A DNA stretch of 56,552 bases, the filler included, from Porpidia crustulata (lineage: Eukaryota): assembly GCA_964255105.1 (NCBI GenBank). It is 4 parts of 4 records of this genome, joined end to end, with 100 filler letters (N's around TTAATTAATTAA, not from the genome) between each part and the next. Parts side by side here need not be neighbours in the genome. Positions count along the whole stretch, not along the records: positions 28,391 to 42,422 come from CAXUWE010000397.1; positions 42,523 to 56,552 come from CAXUWE010000398.1; 2 more parts are not named here. The stretch is one strand, 5' to 3'. The position numbers and the translations under genes are program-made. Of the stretch, positions 37,122 to 49,472 are shown one piece after another. The notes under the pieces were generated by a model that did no database searches, was not told the origin of the DNA, and saw only the letters and a list, made by a program, of their open reading frames with translations. Numbering within the stretch: position 1 is the first letter of the stretch; each line of letters begins with the position of its first letter.

Positions 37122-40100
37122 ATGGCAGCTGTCGGAGGTGCCGGTATGGCTCCAGCTCTAGGAACCGGACAAGGTGATGCGGTCTACGGTACTTTGCCCT
37201 CACAAGATCAGAATCCCTCGAGTAGTGATGCGACCTTGCGGGAGAAGGGCTTTGCCAGTAAGGCCGATGACTGGGAACTGATGCCAGAAGTCAAAGCGAA
37301 TCAAGAACGAGGGGAGCGAGATAACCTCAAGGGACGCAAGCTTGGGTTGACATGGAACAACTTGAACGTCAGAGGAGTCGGTGCAGATGCCGCTTTCAAT
37401 GAAAACGTCCTGTCGCAATTCAATATTCCCCGCAATATTAAGGAGGGTCGCAACAAGCCGCCGTTGAAAACGATATTGGAAGACAATCACGGATGCGTAA
37501 AGCCAGGGGAGATGCTGCTGGTGCTCGGGAGACCAGGAGCCGGATGTACGACTTTGCTGAAGATGCTTTCCAACAGAAGACAGGGCTACGCAGAAGTTGA
37601 GGGGTCCATCTCCTTTGGATCAATGGACGGCAAGGAAGCAACGCCTTACAAGAGTCAGATCGTAATGAACACCGAAGACGAGCTTTTTTTCCCAACTCTC
37701 ACCGTGGGCCAGACCATTGACTTTGCTACAAGAATGAAGGTTCCTCATCATCTACCAACAGGCATGAAGAACGCCGGTGAGTTTCAAAAGGAAAGCCGGA
37801 CATTTCTACTTAACTCGCTGGGTATCTCGCATACCGAAGACACCAAGATCGGGAACGAGTATGTTCGTGGTGTGTCAGGAGGAGAGAGAAAACGTGTTTC
37901 CATCATCGAAACTCTGGCCACTAGAGCAAGCATATACTGCTGGGACAACAGCACGCGTGGACTTGATGCCAGCACAGCTCTGCAATTCATCAAAGCCATC
38001 CGAGCAATGACCGACATTCTAGGTCTGACTTCGGTAGTCACGCTCTACCAAGCCGGTAACGGTATTTACGACTTATTCGACAAAGTGCTTGTGCTGGACA
38101 AGGGAAAACAAATATATTACGGGCCGATGCAAGAGGCTCGTCCGTTTACGGAGAATCTTGGCTTTATTTGCGAGGACGGGGCGAACGTGGCAGACTTCCT
38201 GACCGGTGTTACCGTTCCCACTGAACGACGGATCCGCGAAGGGTATGCGGACAGGTTCCCCCGGACGGCCGAGGCGATTAGAGATGCCTATCTACGGACA
38301 CCAATCAAATCAGTCATGGATGAAGAGTACAGCTATCCCGGTAGCCAGGAAGCCCAATCGAACACCGTAGAGTTCAGAGACGCAATAGCATACGACAAGA
38401 ATAAGACCTTACCCAAGAAGTCACCACTGACCATCGGCCTCACCTCCCAGATTCGAGTGTGCGTAACGCGCCAATTCGAGATCATCTGGGGAGATAAGCC
38501 AACTTTGTTCATCAAACAAGGTGCGACTCTGGTACAGGCTCTAGTTGCCGGTTCGCTGTTCTACAATGCACCTAACAACTCCACCGGACTATTCATCAAA
38601 TCTGGATCCCTTTTCTACGCTGTCCTGTACCATACCCTGATGGCCCTGGGCGAAGTCACCGATTCATTCACTGGAAGACCCGTGCTGGCGAAGCACAAAG
38701 CATTTGCGCTTTTCCACCCGGCCGCTTTCGTCCTCGCCCAATTAGCTACCGACCTTCCAATTCTGTTTGTCCAAGTAACGCAACTGGCACTGATCGTGTA
38801 CTTTATGGTCGGCCTTACTGTCACGGTAGGGGCATTCTTCACTTTCTGGGTTGTAACTTTTGCTGTGGCCATGTGTATGACGGCAGTGTTTAGAGCCATC
38901 GGGGCTTTGTCGTCCAACTTCGACGATGCTTCTAAGATATCAGGGTTCTGGCTGTCTGCGGTCATCTTATATTGTGGATACTTCATCCCGAAGCCTACCA
39001 TGCACCCTTGGTTTGTTTGGATTTACTGGATTGACCCTTTGTCTTATGGATTCGAGGCTCTGGCTGGGAATGAGTTTCGGGGTAAAGTCATCCCATGTGT
39101 TGCCAATAACTTGATCCCCAGTGGGCCTGGTTATGCTGAATCTGCCTATCAAGCTTGTGCAGGCGTTCAAGGGGCCATCCAAGGATCGACATTTGTCACT
39201 GGTGAACAATACCTCAACGCCTTAGGCTACAGCACCTCTCATGTCTGGAGAAATTTCGGGATTATTTGTGCATGGTGGGTCTTTTTCGTTGTGCTGACCA
39301 TTGTGGCCACAAACAATTGGAAAGAATCGGCAGGCAAAGCTGGATATCTACTGGTTCCAAGAGAGAAGGCCAAGTATAATCAGAAATTTTTGAACCGCAA
39401 TGACTCTGAGTCCCAATCTAAGGATGAGAAAGAATGGGTAGCTAGCGGCTCGACTTTGGAGGAAAGTTCCGTTGACAAGCAGTTGCTGAAAAATACTTCC
39501 GTCTTTACTTGGAAGAATCTTACGTATACCGTCAGAACACCTTCTGGCGATAGGGTTCTTCTGGACAAAGTCCAAGGATGGGTCAAGCCCGGTATGCTCG
39601 GTGCTCTCATGGGTGCCTCCGGAGCTGGGAAAACTACACTACTTGACGTCCTTGCTCAACGCAAGACCGAAGGTACAATTCATGGATCGATCTTGGTCGA
39701 TGGAAGGCCCTTGACTGTCTCTTTCCAACGATCTGCAGGTTACTGTGAACAGATGGACGTCCACGAGCCGCTCTCGACCGTTCGAGAGGCCTTAGAATTT
39801 TCGGCTCTCCTTCGTCAGGACCGCGCGACGCCACGCCAGGAAAAGCTCAAATACGTCGATACAATCATCGACCTGTTGGAAATGCAGGAGCTCGAGCACA
39901 CGCTTATTGGGAAGCCTGGAGCTGGATTATCGATTGAACAGAGAAAGAGGTTAACGATTGGCGTTGAGCTCGTCTCAAAGCCCAGTATTCTCATTTTCCT
40001 AGATGAGCCTACTTCCGGTCTCGATGGTCAGGCAGCTTTCAACACACTCAGGTTCTTGAAGAAACTTGCGGCTGTTGGACAAGCAATCCTGGTCACCATC

Positions 40101-41399
40101 CATCAACCATCAGCATCTCTATTTGAGCAATTCGACACGCTCCTTTTGCTAGCCCCAGGAGGGAAGACGGTCTACTTTGGTGACATTGGGAATGAAGCAC
40201 AGACTATCAAAGAATACTTTGGTCGGTATGGAGCTCCTTGTCCGCCTGAAACAAATCCTGCAGAACATATGATCGACGTCGTTTCCGGCGCCAAATCCCA
40301 AGGAAGAGACTGGAATCAGGACTGGTTGGAATCTCCGGAACACGAGATAGTCACCAAGGAACTTGACAATATCATCTCAGATCCCGCAGCTAAACCACCT
40401 GGTACCAAGGATGACCCCAACGAATTTGCTCTCCCGCTCTGGGAACAGACGAAGCTCGTTACTCACCGCATGAACATTGCTTTATACCGAAACATCGATT
40501 ATGTCAATAACAAATTCGCGCTCCACATTGGTTCCGCCCTCTTCAACGGCTTTTCCTTCTGGATGATCGGCAACAGCGTCGCCGACCTCCAGCTCCGCCT
40601 TTTCACCGTCTTCAACTTCATCTTCGTCGCCCCCGGCGTCATCGCCCAACTCCAACCCCTCTTCATCGAACGCCGAGACGTTTACGAAATCCGCGAGCGC
40701 AAGAGCAAGATGTACTCGTGGAAAGCCTTCGTCGCCGGCCTGATCGTCTCGGAAATCCCCTATCTCTGCATCTGCGCCGTCTTGTACTACGTCTGCTGGT
40801 ACTACACCGTCGGCTTCCCCAACGATTCCAACAAAGCCGGCGCTACCTTCTTCGTCATGCTCATCTACGAGTTCGTCTACACCGGCATCGGCCAGTTCAT
40901 CGCCGCATACGCCCCCAACGCCGTCTTCGCCTCCCTCGTCAACCCGATCGTCATCACCATCCTCGTCTTCTTCTGCGGCGTCCTCGTCCCCTTCCAGGCC
41001 ATCCCCGCCTTCTGGCGCTACTGGCTCTACTACCTCGACCCCTTCAACTACCTCATGGGCTCCCTCCTCGTCTTCACCGACTACGACGCCGACGTCGTCT
41101 GCGCTCCCCGGGAGTTCGCCCTCTTCGATACCCCTGGAAACAAGACCTGTGCGGAATACCTCACTCCCTACCTCCAAGGCATGGGCGCCCGCACCAATCT
41201 CGTCAACCCCGAGGCCACGTCCGGGTGCAAAGTGTGCCAGTACAGACGAGGCAGCGATTATCTTGCCGGGTTGGGGCTCGGGAGTTATTATGAAGGATGG
41301 AGGGACGCAGCGGTCGTGGTCATTTTCGCCCTGTCGAGCTACATGATGGTGTTTCTGCTGATGAAGTTGAGGACAAAGGCGACGAAGAAGGCTTCGTAG
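37122..41399 (+). CDS. PDR-type (ABCG) full-size multidrug ABC transporter, AtrB/Snq2-like
   Basis: Intronless, 1425 aa, NBD-TMD-NBD-TMD. NBD1: [28 protein letters not shown]2: [34 protein letters not shown]. Confidence 0.96.
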   Translation: MAAVGGAGMAPALGTGQGDAVYGTLPSQDQNPSSSDATLREKGFASKADDWELMPEVKANQERGERDNLKGRKLGLTWNNLNVRGVGADAAFNENVLSQFNIPRNIKEGRNKPPLKTILEDNHGCVKPGEMLLVLGRPGAGCTTLLKMLSNRRQGYAEVEGSISFGSMDGKEATPYKSQIVMNTEDELFFPTLTVGQTIDFATRMKVPHHLPTGMKNAGEFQKESRTFLLNSLGISHTEDTKIGNEYVRGVSGGERKRVSIIETLATRASIYCWDNSTRGLDASTALQFIKAIRAMTDILGLTSVVTLYQAGNGIYDLFDKVLVLDKGKQIYYGPMQEARPFTENLGFICEDGANVADFLTGVTVPTERRIREGYADRFPRTAEAIRDAYLRTPIKSVMDEEYSYPGSQEAQSNTVEFRDAIAYDKNKTLPKKSPLTIGLTSQIRVCVTRQFEIIWGDKPTLFIKQGATLVQALVAGSLFYNAPNNSTGLFIKSGSLFYAVLYHTLMALGEVTDSFTGRPVLAKHKAFALFHPAAFVLAQLATDLPILFVQVTQLALIVYFMVGLTVTVGAFFTFWVVTFAVAMCMTAVFRAIGALSSNFDDASKISGFWLSAVILYCGYFIPKPTMHPWFVWIYWIDPLSYGFEALAGNEFRGKVIPCVANNLIPSGPGYAESAYQACAGVQGAIQGSTFVTGEQYLNALGYSTSHVWRNFGIICAWWVFFVVLTIVATNNWKESAGKAGYLLVPREKAKYNQKFLNRNDSESQSKDEKEWVASGSTLEESSVDKQLLKNTSVFTWKNLTYTVRTPSGDRVLLDKVQGWVKPGMLGALMGASGAGKTTLLDVLAQRKTEGTIHGSILVDGRPLTVSFQRSAGYCEQMDVHEPLSTVREALEFSALLRQDRATPRQEKLKYVDTIIDLLEMQELEHTLIGKPGAGLSIEQRKRLTIGVELVSKPSILIFLDEPTSGLDGQAAFNTLRFLKKLAAVGQAILVTIHQPSASLFEQFDTLLLLAPGGKTVYFGDIGNEAQTIKEYFGRYGAPCPPETNPAEHMIDVVSGAKSQGRDWNQDWLESPEHEIVTKELDNIISDPAAKPPGTKDDPNEFALPLWEQTKLVTHRMNIALYRNIDYVNNKFALHIGSALFNGFSFWMIGNSVADLQLRLFTVFNFIFVAPGVIAQLQPLFIERRDVYEIRERKSKMYSWKAFVAGLIVSEIPYLCICAVLYYVCWYYTVGFPNDSNKAGATFFVMLIYEFVYTGIGQFIAAYAPNAVFASLVNPIVITILVFFCGVLVPFQAIPAFWRYWLYYLDPFNYLMGSLLVFTDYDADVVCAPREFALFDTPGNKTCAEYLTPYLQGMGARTNLVNPEATSGCKVCQYRRGSDYLAGLGLGSYYEGWRDAAVVVIFALSSYMMVFLLMKLRTKATKKAS

Positions 41400-42422
41400 T
41401 GCGGGTTGACGTTTAGATTAGATTTAGATACTTTGGGACGATAGACTGGGATGGGAAATCACTGCATTGAATGGTATTGGAGTTTCACCTGGATAGATGA
41501 TGCATTAAAAAATTAGATTTTAGAACTACATCAAAGCAATGATAAAGCAAACCTTTGCTGTGCAACGGATAACACTTCTACTTTCTCAACAATCTAGCTC
41601 AAACCTATGCGTCGTTGGGGAAGGGAGATTCGGGATCCTGGGGGTTTGGAAATCGCTGAGGCGGTGGGTTTTCTGGTGTTTGGGTTGGGGATGGTAGGGT
41701 ATTTGGGTGGTGGGTCGATTAGTTAGTTTGGGCGTCTAGATGGATAGATATATGATTGTTCAGGTATTTGAAAGGTGGAACAAGACGTGCGTTTAAGTAG
41801 GAGGGTGACATGGAGGTAGGTTCGGAAAATGGGTGTTTAAAAGATAAGAAGGATGTTTGAAAAAAAGCACGAAGATAGGTATTTGGACCATAAAGTCTTG
41901 GGGAAAGCGGTTTGGAGGGTCTGTAGGTAGGTGGGTGTTGGGTGTTTGAAACTGAAGGTGGAATGGGAGGTGGATTCGGGAGATGGGTGGTTGAATGAAG
42001 GTGGGAGAAATAAGAGACGTAGATGGACGGACGGACGGATGGAAATCATCTCGATCTTTTTTGAAAAACAGGATGAAAAATACTTTTGAAAGACAAATCT
42101 CCACAACTTTATCACCTTAAAACAAAACAGAACACCCTCCTCCCCCACAAAACAGACGACCGCGAAAGAAAACGAAGAAAAATATCAGGAATGAAGAAAT
42201 TCACACGTATGTCGAGATGGATTCATGTTCTTTGATCGAGGGGTTCTTTTTGTTTTCGAATCCATACCTCTACCTTCAGCGCAAAAAACCGACGGTTCAC
42301 TCGACGTCGAAAAAGACTCGAATTATCCCACTCCTCCCGCCCCTACACTTTCGGATTGATAAAAAGTCGAGTTGATTTTTGTGATTAAACTTCTCACCCT
42401 CATAACCCAACTTCTCCTCGCA

Positions 42423-42522
42423 NNNNNNNNNNNNNNNNNNNNNNNNNNNNNNNNNNNNNNNNNNNNTTAATTAATTAANNNNNNNNNNNNNNNNNNNNNN
42501 NNNNNNNNNNNNNNNNNNNNNN
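42423..42522. other. Assembly gap with TTAATTAATTAA spacer
   Basis: N-run with pad. Confidence 0.97.
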
Positions 42523-42764
42523 GTATTGATTCAGAAGCTCAGTGCTACGACTCGTAGGGATGTTCGAAGAGTTTGGTCATCGCGTTGACATTTTGTAGTG
42601 ACGATGTTTGAAAGATCGATGGCTTGCGGAATTGAAGAAGCAAAATTACCAGATTAATTACATACTATGATTAGTGCCTTAATATATTACCAAAGCTGTC
42701 CTCGAGCTCCTCTCCATCTGCAACCTACGCACCACCGCATAAGCACCTCATTTTCTCCCACAAG

Positions 42765-43253
42765 ATGCGTGCCTTTACCATTGCCCTCTTATTCACCATC
42801 CTCCCCCTCACAACTGCCCAGTTCCAATTCTTCGAGCAGATGTTCAATGGTCAAGGCCAGCAACAACAGCAGCAACAACCCCAAAACGTCGCCAGCGATT
42901 CCGCTTGGTACCAGCAGACCTACGAATCCGGTATTCTCCTCCGATTCTCCCAAGCCATTTCCATGTTCTGCTCTTTTTCCTATCCTCGCACCCCATATGC
43001 CCACCCTCTCTCTCACGCCGGTAGCCACTAATGTTGCGACAGCCTACTGCACAAAGTACCTCTGCCCCCATACCCTCGCCTGCGTTCACTTCCCGCACCA
43101 CTGCCCGTGCGCGTTCCCGGCCGTGGAAGATAAGATCGAGCTAGNNNNNNNNNNTAGCTAGTGGAGGGAAGCGCGATTTGTGTAAGAAAGGGGGGCTGTA
43201 AGGCTGGGGAGGGGGCGCGTAAGGTTGTGTTGGCTAGGAAGGGACTGATATAG
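42765..43253 (+). CDS. LCL2: Long chronological lifespan protein 2 (Lcl2), interrupted by a small gap/spacer at ~43141-43161
   Basis: Exons 42765-42930 and 43043-43253. Signal peptide, [10 protein letters not shown], poly[28 protein letters not shown]...EDKIEL, then after the gap EGSAICV..GG...ARKGLI*. Confidence 0.88.
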
Positions 43254-44537
43254 ATGGAGTTGTGGGCTTTAGGATGGGTTGTTTAAAAAAAGGATGGGAG
43301 GCTACAGAGGCGTCTGGTTGGGTCTCGTGATCGGGGTGGGAGTGGAAGGTCATGTACTGCGGGAGTATGGCGCTGTTGGGCAAATACTTCCAAGACAATA
43401 TTAGGGTAGATTAGAGCGTTGCCATCGTTCTCGTTGGTGTTCACACAGCTAGGAACTTGGAGCAATTTCCGATATGGTTTGAAATCACATTTGAGAGACT
43501 TTCGATGTCAGCTTTACCACCCAACGCCTTACTTCTTCGCGCCCAAAGTCCAGTACCCACGACACGGCGGCAGTGACTACTACTCTACATCCATCCAGCA
43601 GCCTCTCATAACCCGTTTGCCATGCTACTGCTTCCAACTTATGGTCAGCTCTCACGGACTCGAACATGGATATACATAAGCTAGGCAAGCGCTATGTATC
43701 ATTCTCGATATGCCAGAAGTCAACCGAAGGCATTGGGAAAATCTCGGATGTTGCTTCAAGCACAGAGGAGTATATCGATGTAGGTGAACTGATCAATTTC
43801 GACTCCACGCAGGGCGACAGACTCGATACATGATGTTGATACACTTGAGTAGAAAGAGTTGACCAAGTACTGTATAAAGTAGATATCGATGTCGCGATTA
43901 TCTACTGCAAGTTGAATTTCCACATAGACACCTGTTTATTTCGTATTGCTCTAAGAACGGTATCGACAAATGGTTGCCTGAAGCGATCAAACATTTGAAC
44001 GTATTTGAGTGTGAGTTGTCAACATGCTCAAGCGTTTACATGATCATAATCACAAATTAATTGAAAATGTTCTGCTTGTTCAGAAGGGGCGCGGCATAGA
44101 TACCGTGGATGCCTAGGGCCGGCTTTTGCTACTCTAGCCCACTCGGTCTCTGTGTTGAGAGCATTCAAAGACTACATCGATTGAACGCACTTTGCATCTC
44201 TACCGCTCTTTCGATGTAATAGGCTTTTTCTCTGTAGCCTTCTCCTAAGCTTCCTCTCCTAGTATCTCGATTAAAAGACTCCATGTGTCGAGTATCTATG
44301 TTGATTCCTGCTAGTACTTATTCCTTACATGCTGCCTCTAAACATCCACAAAACCCAGATTGAGTCTGCTTTGATGGATCAATGGATATGCGTCCAGGAG
44401 AGTTAATGTTTCCACCACTATTACCGTATTGGCGTCCGTCTTGTAGTACGGTCTAAGATGTGTCGGATCTTTCCCTTTCTAACCTGTGGAATGAAATATG
44501 ATTGCAGAGCCTTCCCCATTGATAGCGACACTACAGA

Positions 44538-47500
44538 ATGAATCTTGCAGACGGGTCGCCTAGTTCTGGCCGAACTATTCTGACTATTTCTACACGTTCT
44601 CGAGATGGCAGTGGGTCTAAATCTGACTCAGCCACAATTGGTCAATGGCTCGTCGACATGATGTTAGATGGCGAGTGTGTGAGGCGTGGCGTGGTGTTGA
44701 CAGATCCATTCGACAAATATGAATCGAACGAATGTCGCTGGTACCTAGAGACATACCTACCTCAATCACCATATGAGGGCAGCCGAGCAGGAGAAGTACG
44801 TCGTCAGCTTGACAGATATAAGAGCGACCTTTTCGAGCAGATATTTGATCAGGGCCAAGTGTTGAAAGGGAAGAAAGGTGAAATCCTGGCTTTGACCATT
44901 CTTATCCAAGAAAGTACGACTATCACAACTTTAGCTGAGGCAAGCAGCATCCACAAGCTCCACTGGGAGATACTTGAGGATCCTGCCCTATGGAACGGAA
45001 TGGAGGTGGAATGTCGACGCGTGATACAGACTCCTAGGTCCCAACAACCGAATACTGATGAGAAGGATCACAAGGTCACAGACAAACCCCTAGGTACCTT
45101 CACCATACTCTTAGTTGTTGCTCGAATCTTGTCAGCTACAATTACGCAGTATCAGGATACTGATCCTACAACGGCGTCCAGGCCACTTCTCGCGCTAGTA
45201 GATGATATCAAGACGAAGATAAGCAAGGTAAATTTCGAGGTGGAGATTGTCCGTCCAGGTACCTTTTCAGCGTTCGAGAAGCACCTTAAAAGTAAAGACC
45301 CGGGATACTATGATTTGGTTCATTTCGATCTACATGGAAGAGTTGCAAGAAGGCGAGGTAGTGTCGAAGAGGAAGTCTTCCTCTATTTTGCCTCGCAGGA
45401 TCATCCAGAAGGGCTTGCTCCCATCCCAGCGGAAAGAGTGTGTAATATTCTGTGCGGGCTCGTCAACTCTGTCGTCCTTAATGCCTGCGAAACCGCAAAA
45501 GTCGGAACTTCTGGCAATGCCAATCTTGCGCAGACTTTAATACAATGCGGGATCACTACTGTGCTTGCCATGTCTTTCGCAATTACCACCTCTACCGTGA
45601 CTCATTTCCTGCAATGTCTCTACAGATACCTTCGTCTAGATCCAGGAGACTTGGCACGAGCCTCATACAAAGCACGTCGTGGGCTCCAGACCCATCATGA
45701 ACGGAACGCGCGTTTCGGCCTGCGAATTGCCCTTCAAGACTATTTCGTACCGGTTCTTTATACTTCAAACTCCATCGTATCTTGTTCGGGCGTTATTGAT
45801 GGTGAAGTTATCGATGACAGACAGTCACTCAAGCTGCGACCAAGCCTTAACGAGATCGTGGGCCGGAATTTTGACTTGCTTCGTTTCGAAAGGCATATAT
45901 TGGACAGAGGTCAAGCGATCCTGGCAGGGACAAGAGGTATTGGAAAGACAGCATTGCTTCATCAACTCTCACACACGTGGACGCGGACTGGATTTGTGAG
46001 GCATTGCATCTATTTGGATATGGGAATTGGTAGACTGCGAACAGTGGAAAATATTGTAGCAGCTATACTTGAGGCTTGTCAAGAGACTGACATAGATTCT
46101 AGCGAGGAACTAAATCTCACTCAAGAACAGCGAAAGAAAAAATGCATCAGTCAATTAAGGCGTGATAGATGCGCACTAATCTTAGACGGACTTCATGATT
46201 CACTTTCAGACCTTCATGAAGATACCTTTCCATTGGCTTTACACCGACCAAACTGGGCAGATATTTTGGGATTTCTTGATTCGCTCATGCTGCCCGCTTC
46301 AGGCGAAGTTGATTGTCCGCCATATTTGATTATCGTTGCCCGAGACAGCGAGGACTCATGGTGGAGGGAGCGATTTGATACAACGACCATAATAAGCCAT
46401 GATGTCTTCACGCTGACGGGACTCGGACAGCCAGACGCCATGAGCCTTGCTGGCATTTGTTTGAAAAGATCCGTCAATTGCACCACCGACAGTGAAAAAG
46501 CGGAATACAATAGGCTTGATATTATCCTACGCATGTGTGATTATAATCCAGCAGCAATAAAGACTATCTTGGCAGGTCGCGAAGATATATCGGAACACTT
46601 TTTGAAAGCATTTGTAGCTGGGACCGAACCAGATTCGGTTTTCAATAGCCATCGCTATAAAAGCGAGGTCGTAACTTCAGACTTAGCAAAGCTTACGCCA
46701 ACTGGAGCAAATTATGTTCTGTCTTTGTACTATTTCTGGTTGGAAGGCCCCTTCATTGGTGCGTGGAAGCACGAGTTTCAAGACGATCCGCCAGAAGAAA
46801 CCTCAAACATTATCGATTTCGTGCTCAACTATCTACAAGATCGTGGATACATCCGACATGACGGAGTTTCCATTGATTGGATTTCCCCACTGTTAACATT
46901 GTACCTTCGTAGCCGCCAAGAGGAGATTTGTGGGTGTGCGCCACCAGATCCGGAAATTCAAGATCAGACTGTTTTTACCCACTCTTCGTTCTCCAAGAAA
47001 GCTTTCATGAATGCCGTCAGTGTCCGCGATATTCTCTCTCGCACCATCTCGGAGGTTCAAGGTCTAGACTTTGCGCAAGAGAGCAAGCGTTTTCGGAAAT
47101 CGGCTGGCAACATTTTGAGCTGCATGATGCATTGTTCTGATGACAAGGATCGACACCTGCCGACTGAGGATTGGCCTTGGCTGACTTGGAGATTTTTCTC
47201 GCCTTTCAGTCGTCAAATACTGCTGCCTACGGAGTTTTCATTGTTCCTCGATTGCTACGAGGCTGTGATTAACGAGTGTTTTCGGAGATGGGGCCACTAT
47301 GCTGTTCCATCAGACTATCAAGTATTTGTTTTTGCGATTTTGAACCATCTCTACGCAAGTTACAAATCCGAGCTTCACGATTTAAATCGATCAAAAGAGT
47401 TTGTTGATCGCACAGTTGCTGTCATAAAGTTGTCTGAACTCGAATACGGCCCCATTGAGGATTTTGAAATTTTATATCAGAAGTCCTTGACATTCAAGTA

Positions 47501-49454
47501 TCTTGCTTTTCATCTTCTCGAAGTAGACAAACCGGAGGAAGCGGAAAAGGCTTGGGAAATGATGCAGTTGGTTGACGAATTGGTGTATGCCCCTAAGCTA
47601 CAAGAGGAAAGTCAGAATGAGAAAAGTCTTCCCGTACTAATCCAGAAAGCAATAGATTCACTTGGAAAAACCGAGGACGAAAGGTTTGAGATGAGAGAAA
47701 GACTGAGATGGCAAAGACCGTATAACGATCCAGTAGCGTCTGGCTGGAGATCTTTGAAGACGACCATGTGGAGTCAGATGAAAGCATCTATAGCTGGGAT
47801 CAGAAGCAACGAGGATTTCGCAGGATTCAGGAGCATCGGAGAGCTTTGCCAAGATGCCGGTCCGCAGCTGCGAAATCTTCGCGATGCCCATGAAATGAAA
47901 TCAATGGAAGGCTATACAAGTGATTTAAGGTGGTGGCCAAAGCATTTTGACATGGTTTCAAAGTTCGCTGACCTTGACGATCCTCTCGCTCAACGCAAAT
48001 CTTTGGAGGATGCACTGAATAACGCTGATTGGCGCTCAGTAGCTTGTGCCCATATAAGACTTGCCTCTCTTGCCCGCAGAAACGGGAAAATTGAAGAAGC
48101 ATTAACTCACACGGAAGCTGCAATCGACATCTACCAAACTGGTAATGATTTTGTCCAAGAGCTAGAGGACGCCCACAGAAACAAACATCAACTGCTAGCC
48201 ATCACTCGAGTTACAAAAGGTTCCCAAGAATCCGACCGAAATATGATTATTGGCGATCACAAGGCCGCTTTGAAGGCTTTCGAGGAAGTAGAGGCCGGGC
48301 TAGAGAACCTCTCATTGAATGAAGAATCCAAAACCTTATTGTTGGAGTTTAAAGCGCACATGCAGTTCATGGCTGATATGCAAGAAACAAGCAGCGTTGA
48401 CAACAATGGCAAGGGGGCCATCAATATAGCAGACATAGATCGGCGGGTGCGGAACGTCAACAATGATTTGGCAGATTTCGTGAAGCGCGAAGGTCTCCAA
48501 ACCAGACTTGAACTTTCCGCCCAATGGAACAGAGCTACTCGGACGTTGATTGAATCCTCGATGGCTGGCAACGCGACGTTAGCTTGGCAATCTGTCAAAG
48601 AAATGGTGGCGGTGAAAGGGCGGCTAGGCATACGTCCTGGAGCACCAGAAGACGATGAGTTGATCTACAACTTGTTGTTATCTGCCGGCGATGCTGCCCT
48701 TGCACAGGCGAACGAGGAACGAAGATGGACCGATGCATTAGAAATTGTCATTGAGTATACAGAACTTGTGCATGTTCATCAATCGTCCATTGGGAACTCC
48801 TCTCAGTTGTATGAAAGACTTGAAGGTCTTAAAAAAAAGGTTTTCCATGCGATGATTGAAGCTGGGAACGAGCGAATTTCAAAAGCTTGCGGAGAAGGCA
48901 ATTGGCAGAAAGGCATAGATGAAATGAAGGCAATGGTTGAAACGGCAGAAAAAGCTAGATTACAGGATTTGCTAGAGCCGGGAGATTCTAGAAGGAAAAT
49001 CTTTTTCATGGAAAGACAAAGAGACCTACGACAAGTGGATATACTTCGGGTGAGAGCAGACAGGGAAGAGCGCTACGTGGATGCACTCCAACTGGGAGAA
49101 CAGCAAATACAAACGTTGAAGTCCTGGGCTGACCGGCCGGACGCAACAGAATCTGCGCTACAAGAAATCAGTGAGAGTAGAAAGTTCCTCGTTCAAGAAA
49201 TTCAGGTGATGAAGATCAATCACCACAATAGAGAAGCCATCGGAGCAGAACATCGAAAAGAGTACAAAGAGGCACTACAGCATTTGAATGAGCTCGAAAA
49301 GATACTTGTGCAGCAAAATGACCCAAAGGATGAAGGGTATCAAGGTCGTTTACCAGTCAGCGCGTTCAACATCGTTTTCGGCCGCATCCGAATAAATGCA
49401 AAAATGGTATACCAGCGCGTGGCCGATGAAGGGAGATTCTCGGAGGAGACATAA
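44538..49454 (+). CDS. NLR-like protein: caspase-like CHAT protease + STAND (NB-ARC/NACHT-like) NTPase + TPR-like helical repeats
   Basis: Intronless, 1638 aa. CHAT motifs: LHWEILEDP, ILLVVAR, catalytic His in LVHFDLHG (~45315-45338), catalytic Cys in VVLNACET (~45471-45494), VLAMS, DYFVPVLY. Then IVGR, Walker A GTRGIGKT (~45927-45950), Walker B LILDGL, and a long alpha-helical C-terminus with TPR-like A/L patterns. Confidence 0.88.
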   Translation: MNLADGSPSSGRTILTISTRSRDGSGSKSDSATIGQWLVDMMLDGECVRRGVVLTDPFDKYESNECRWYLETYLPQSPYEGSRAGEVRRQLDRYKSDLFEQIFDQGQVLKGKKGEILALTILIQESTTITTLAEASSIHKLHWEILEDPALWNGMEVECRRVIQTPRSQQPNTDEKDHKVTDKPLGTFTILLVVARILSATITQYQDTDPTTASRPLLALVDDIKTKISKVNFEVEIVRPGTFSAFEKHLKSKDPGYYDLVHFDLHGRVARRRGSVEEEVFLYFASQDHPEGLAPIPAERVCNILCGLVNSVVLNACETAKVGTSGNANLAQTLIQCGITTVLAMSFAITTSTVTHFLQCLYRYLRLDPGDLARASYKARRGLQTHHERNARFGLRIALQDYFVPVLYTSNSIVSCSGVIDGEVIDDRQSLKLRPSLNEIVGRNFDLLRFERHILDRGQAILAGTRGIGKTALLHQLSHTWTRTGFVRHCIYLDMGIGRLRTVENIVAAILEACQETDIDSSEELNLTQEQRKKKCISQLRRDRCALILDGLHDSLSDLHEDTFPLALHRPNWADILGFLDSLMLPASGEVDCPPYLIIVARDSEDSWWRERFDTTTIISHDVFTLTGLGQPDAMSLAGICLKRSVNCTTDSEKAEYNRLDIILRMCDYNPAAIKTILAGREDISEHFLKAFVAGTEPDSVFNSHRYKSEVVTSDLAKLTPTGANYVLSLYYFWLEGPFIGAWKHEFQDDPPEETSNIIDFVLNYLQDRGYIRHDGVSIDWISPLLTLYLRSRQEEICGCAPPDPEIQDQTVFTHSSFSKKAFMNAVSVRDILSRTISEVQGLDFAQESKRFRKSAGNILSCMMHCSDDKDRHLPTEDWPWLTWRFFSPFSRQILLPTEFSLFLDCYEAVINECFRRWGHYAVPSDYQVFVFAILNHLYASYKSELHDLNRSKEFVDRTVAVIKLSELEYGPIEDFEILYQKSLTFKYLAFHLLEVDKPEEAEKAWEMMQLVDELVYAPKLQEESQNEKSLPVLIQKAIDSLGKTEDERFEMRERLRWQRPYNDPVASGWRSLKTTMWSQMKASIAGIRSNEDFAGFRSIGELCQDAGPQLRNLRDAHEMKSMEGYTSDLRWWPKHFDMVSKFADLDDPLAQRKSLEDALNNADWRSVACAHIRLASLARRNGKIEEALTHTEAAIDIYQTGNDFVQELEDAHRNKHQLLAITRVTKGSQESDRNMIIGDHKAALKAFEEVEAGLENLSLNEESKTLLLEFKAHMQFMADMQETSSVDNNGKGAINIADIDRRVRNVNNDLADFVKREGLQTRLELSAQWNRATRTLIESSMAGNATLAWQSVKEMVAVKGRLGIRPGAPEDDELIYNLLLSAGDAALAQANEERRWTDALEIVIEYTELVHVHQSSIGNSSQLYERLEGLKKKVFHAMIEAGNERISKACGEGNWQKGIDEMKAMVETAEKARLQDLLEPGDSRRKIFFMERQRDLRQVDILRVRADREERYVDALQLGEQQIQTLKSWADRPDATESALQEISESRKFLVQEIQVMKINHHNREAIGAEHRKEYKEALQHLNELEKILVQQNDPKDEGYQGRLPVSAFNIVFGRIRINAKMVYQRVADEGRFSEET

Positions 49455-49472
49455 ATTACGGTTCGCTATGGA

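Noticed and set aside
40482..41293. Long antisense and alternate-frame ORFs (40482-41177 -, 40718-41293 +)
   Set aside because: Shadows of the extreme C-ending codon bias in the ABC transporter.
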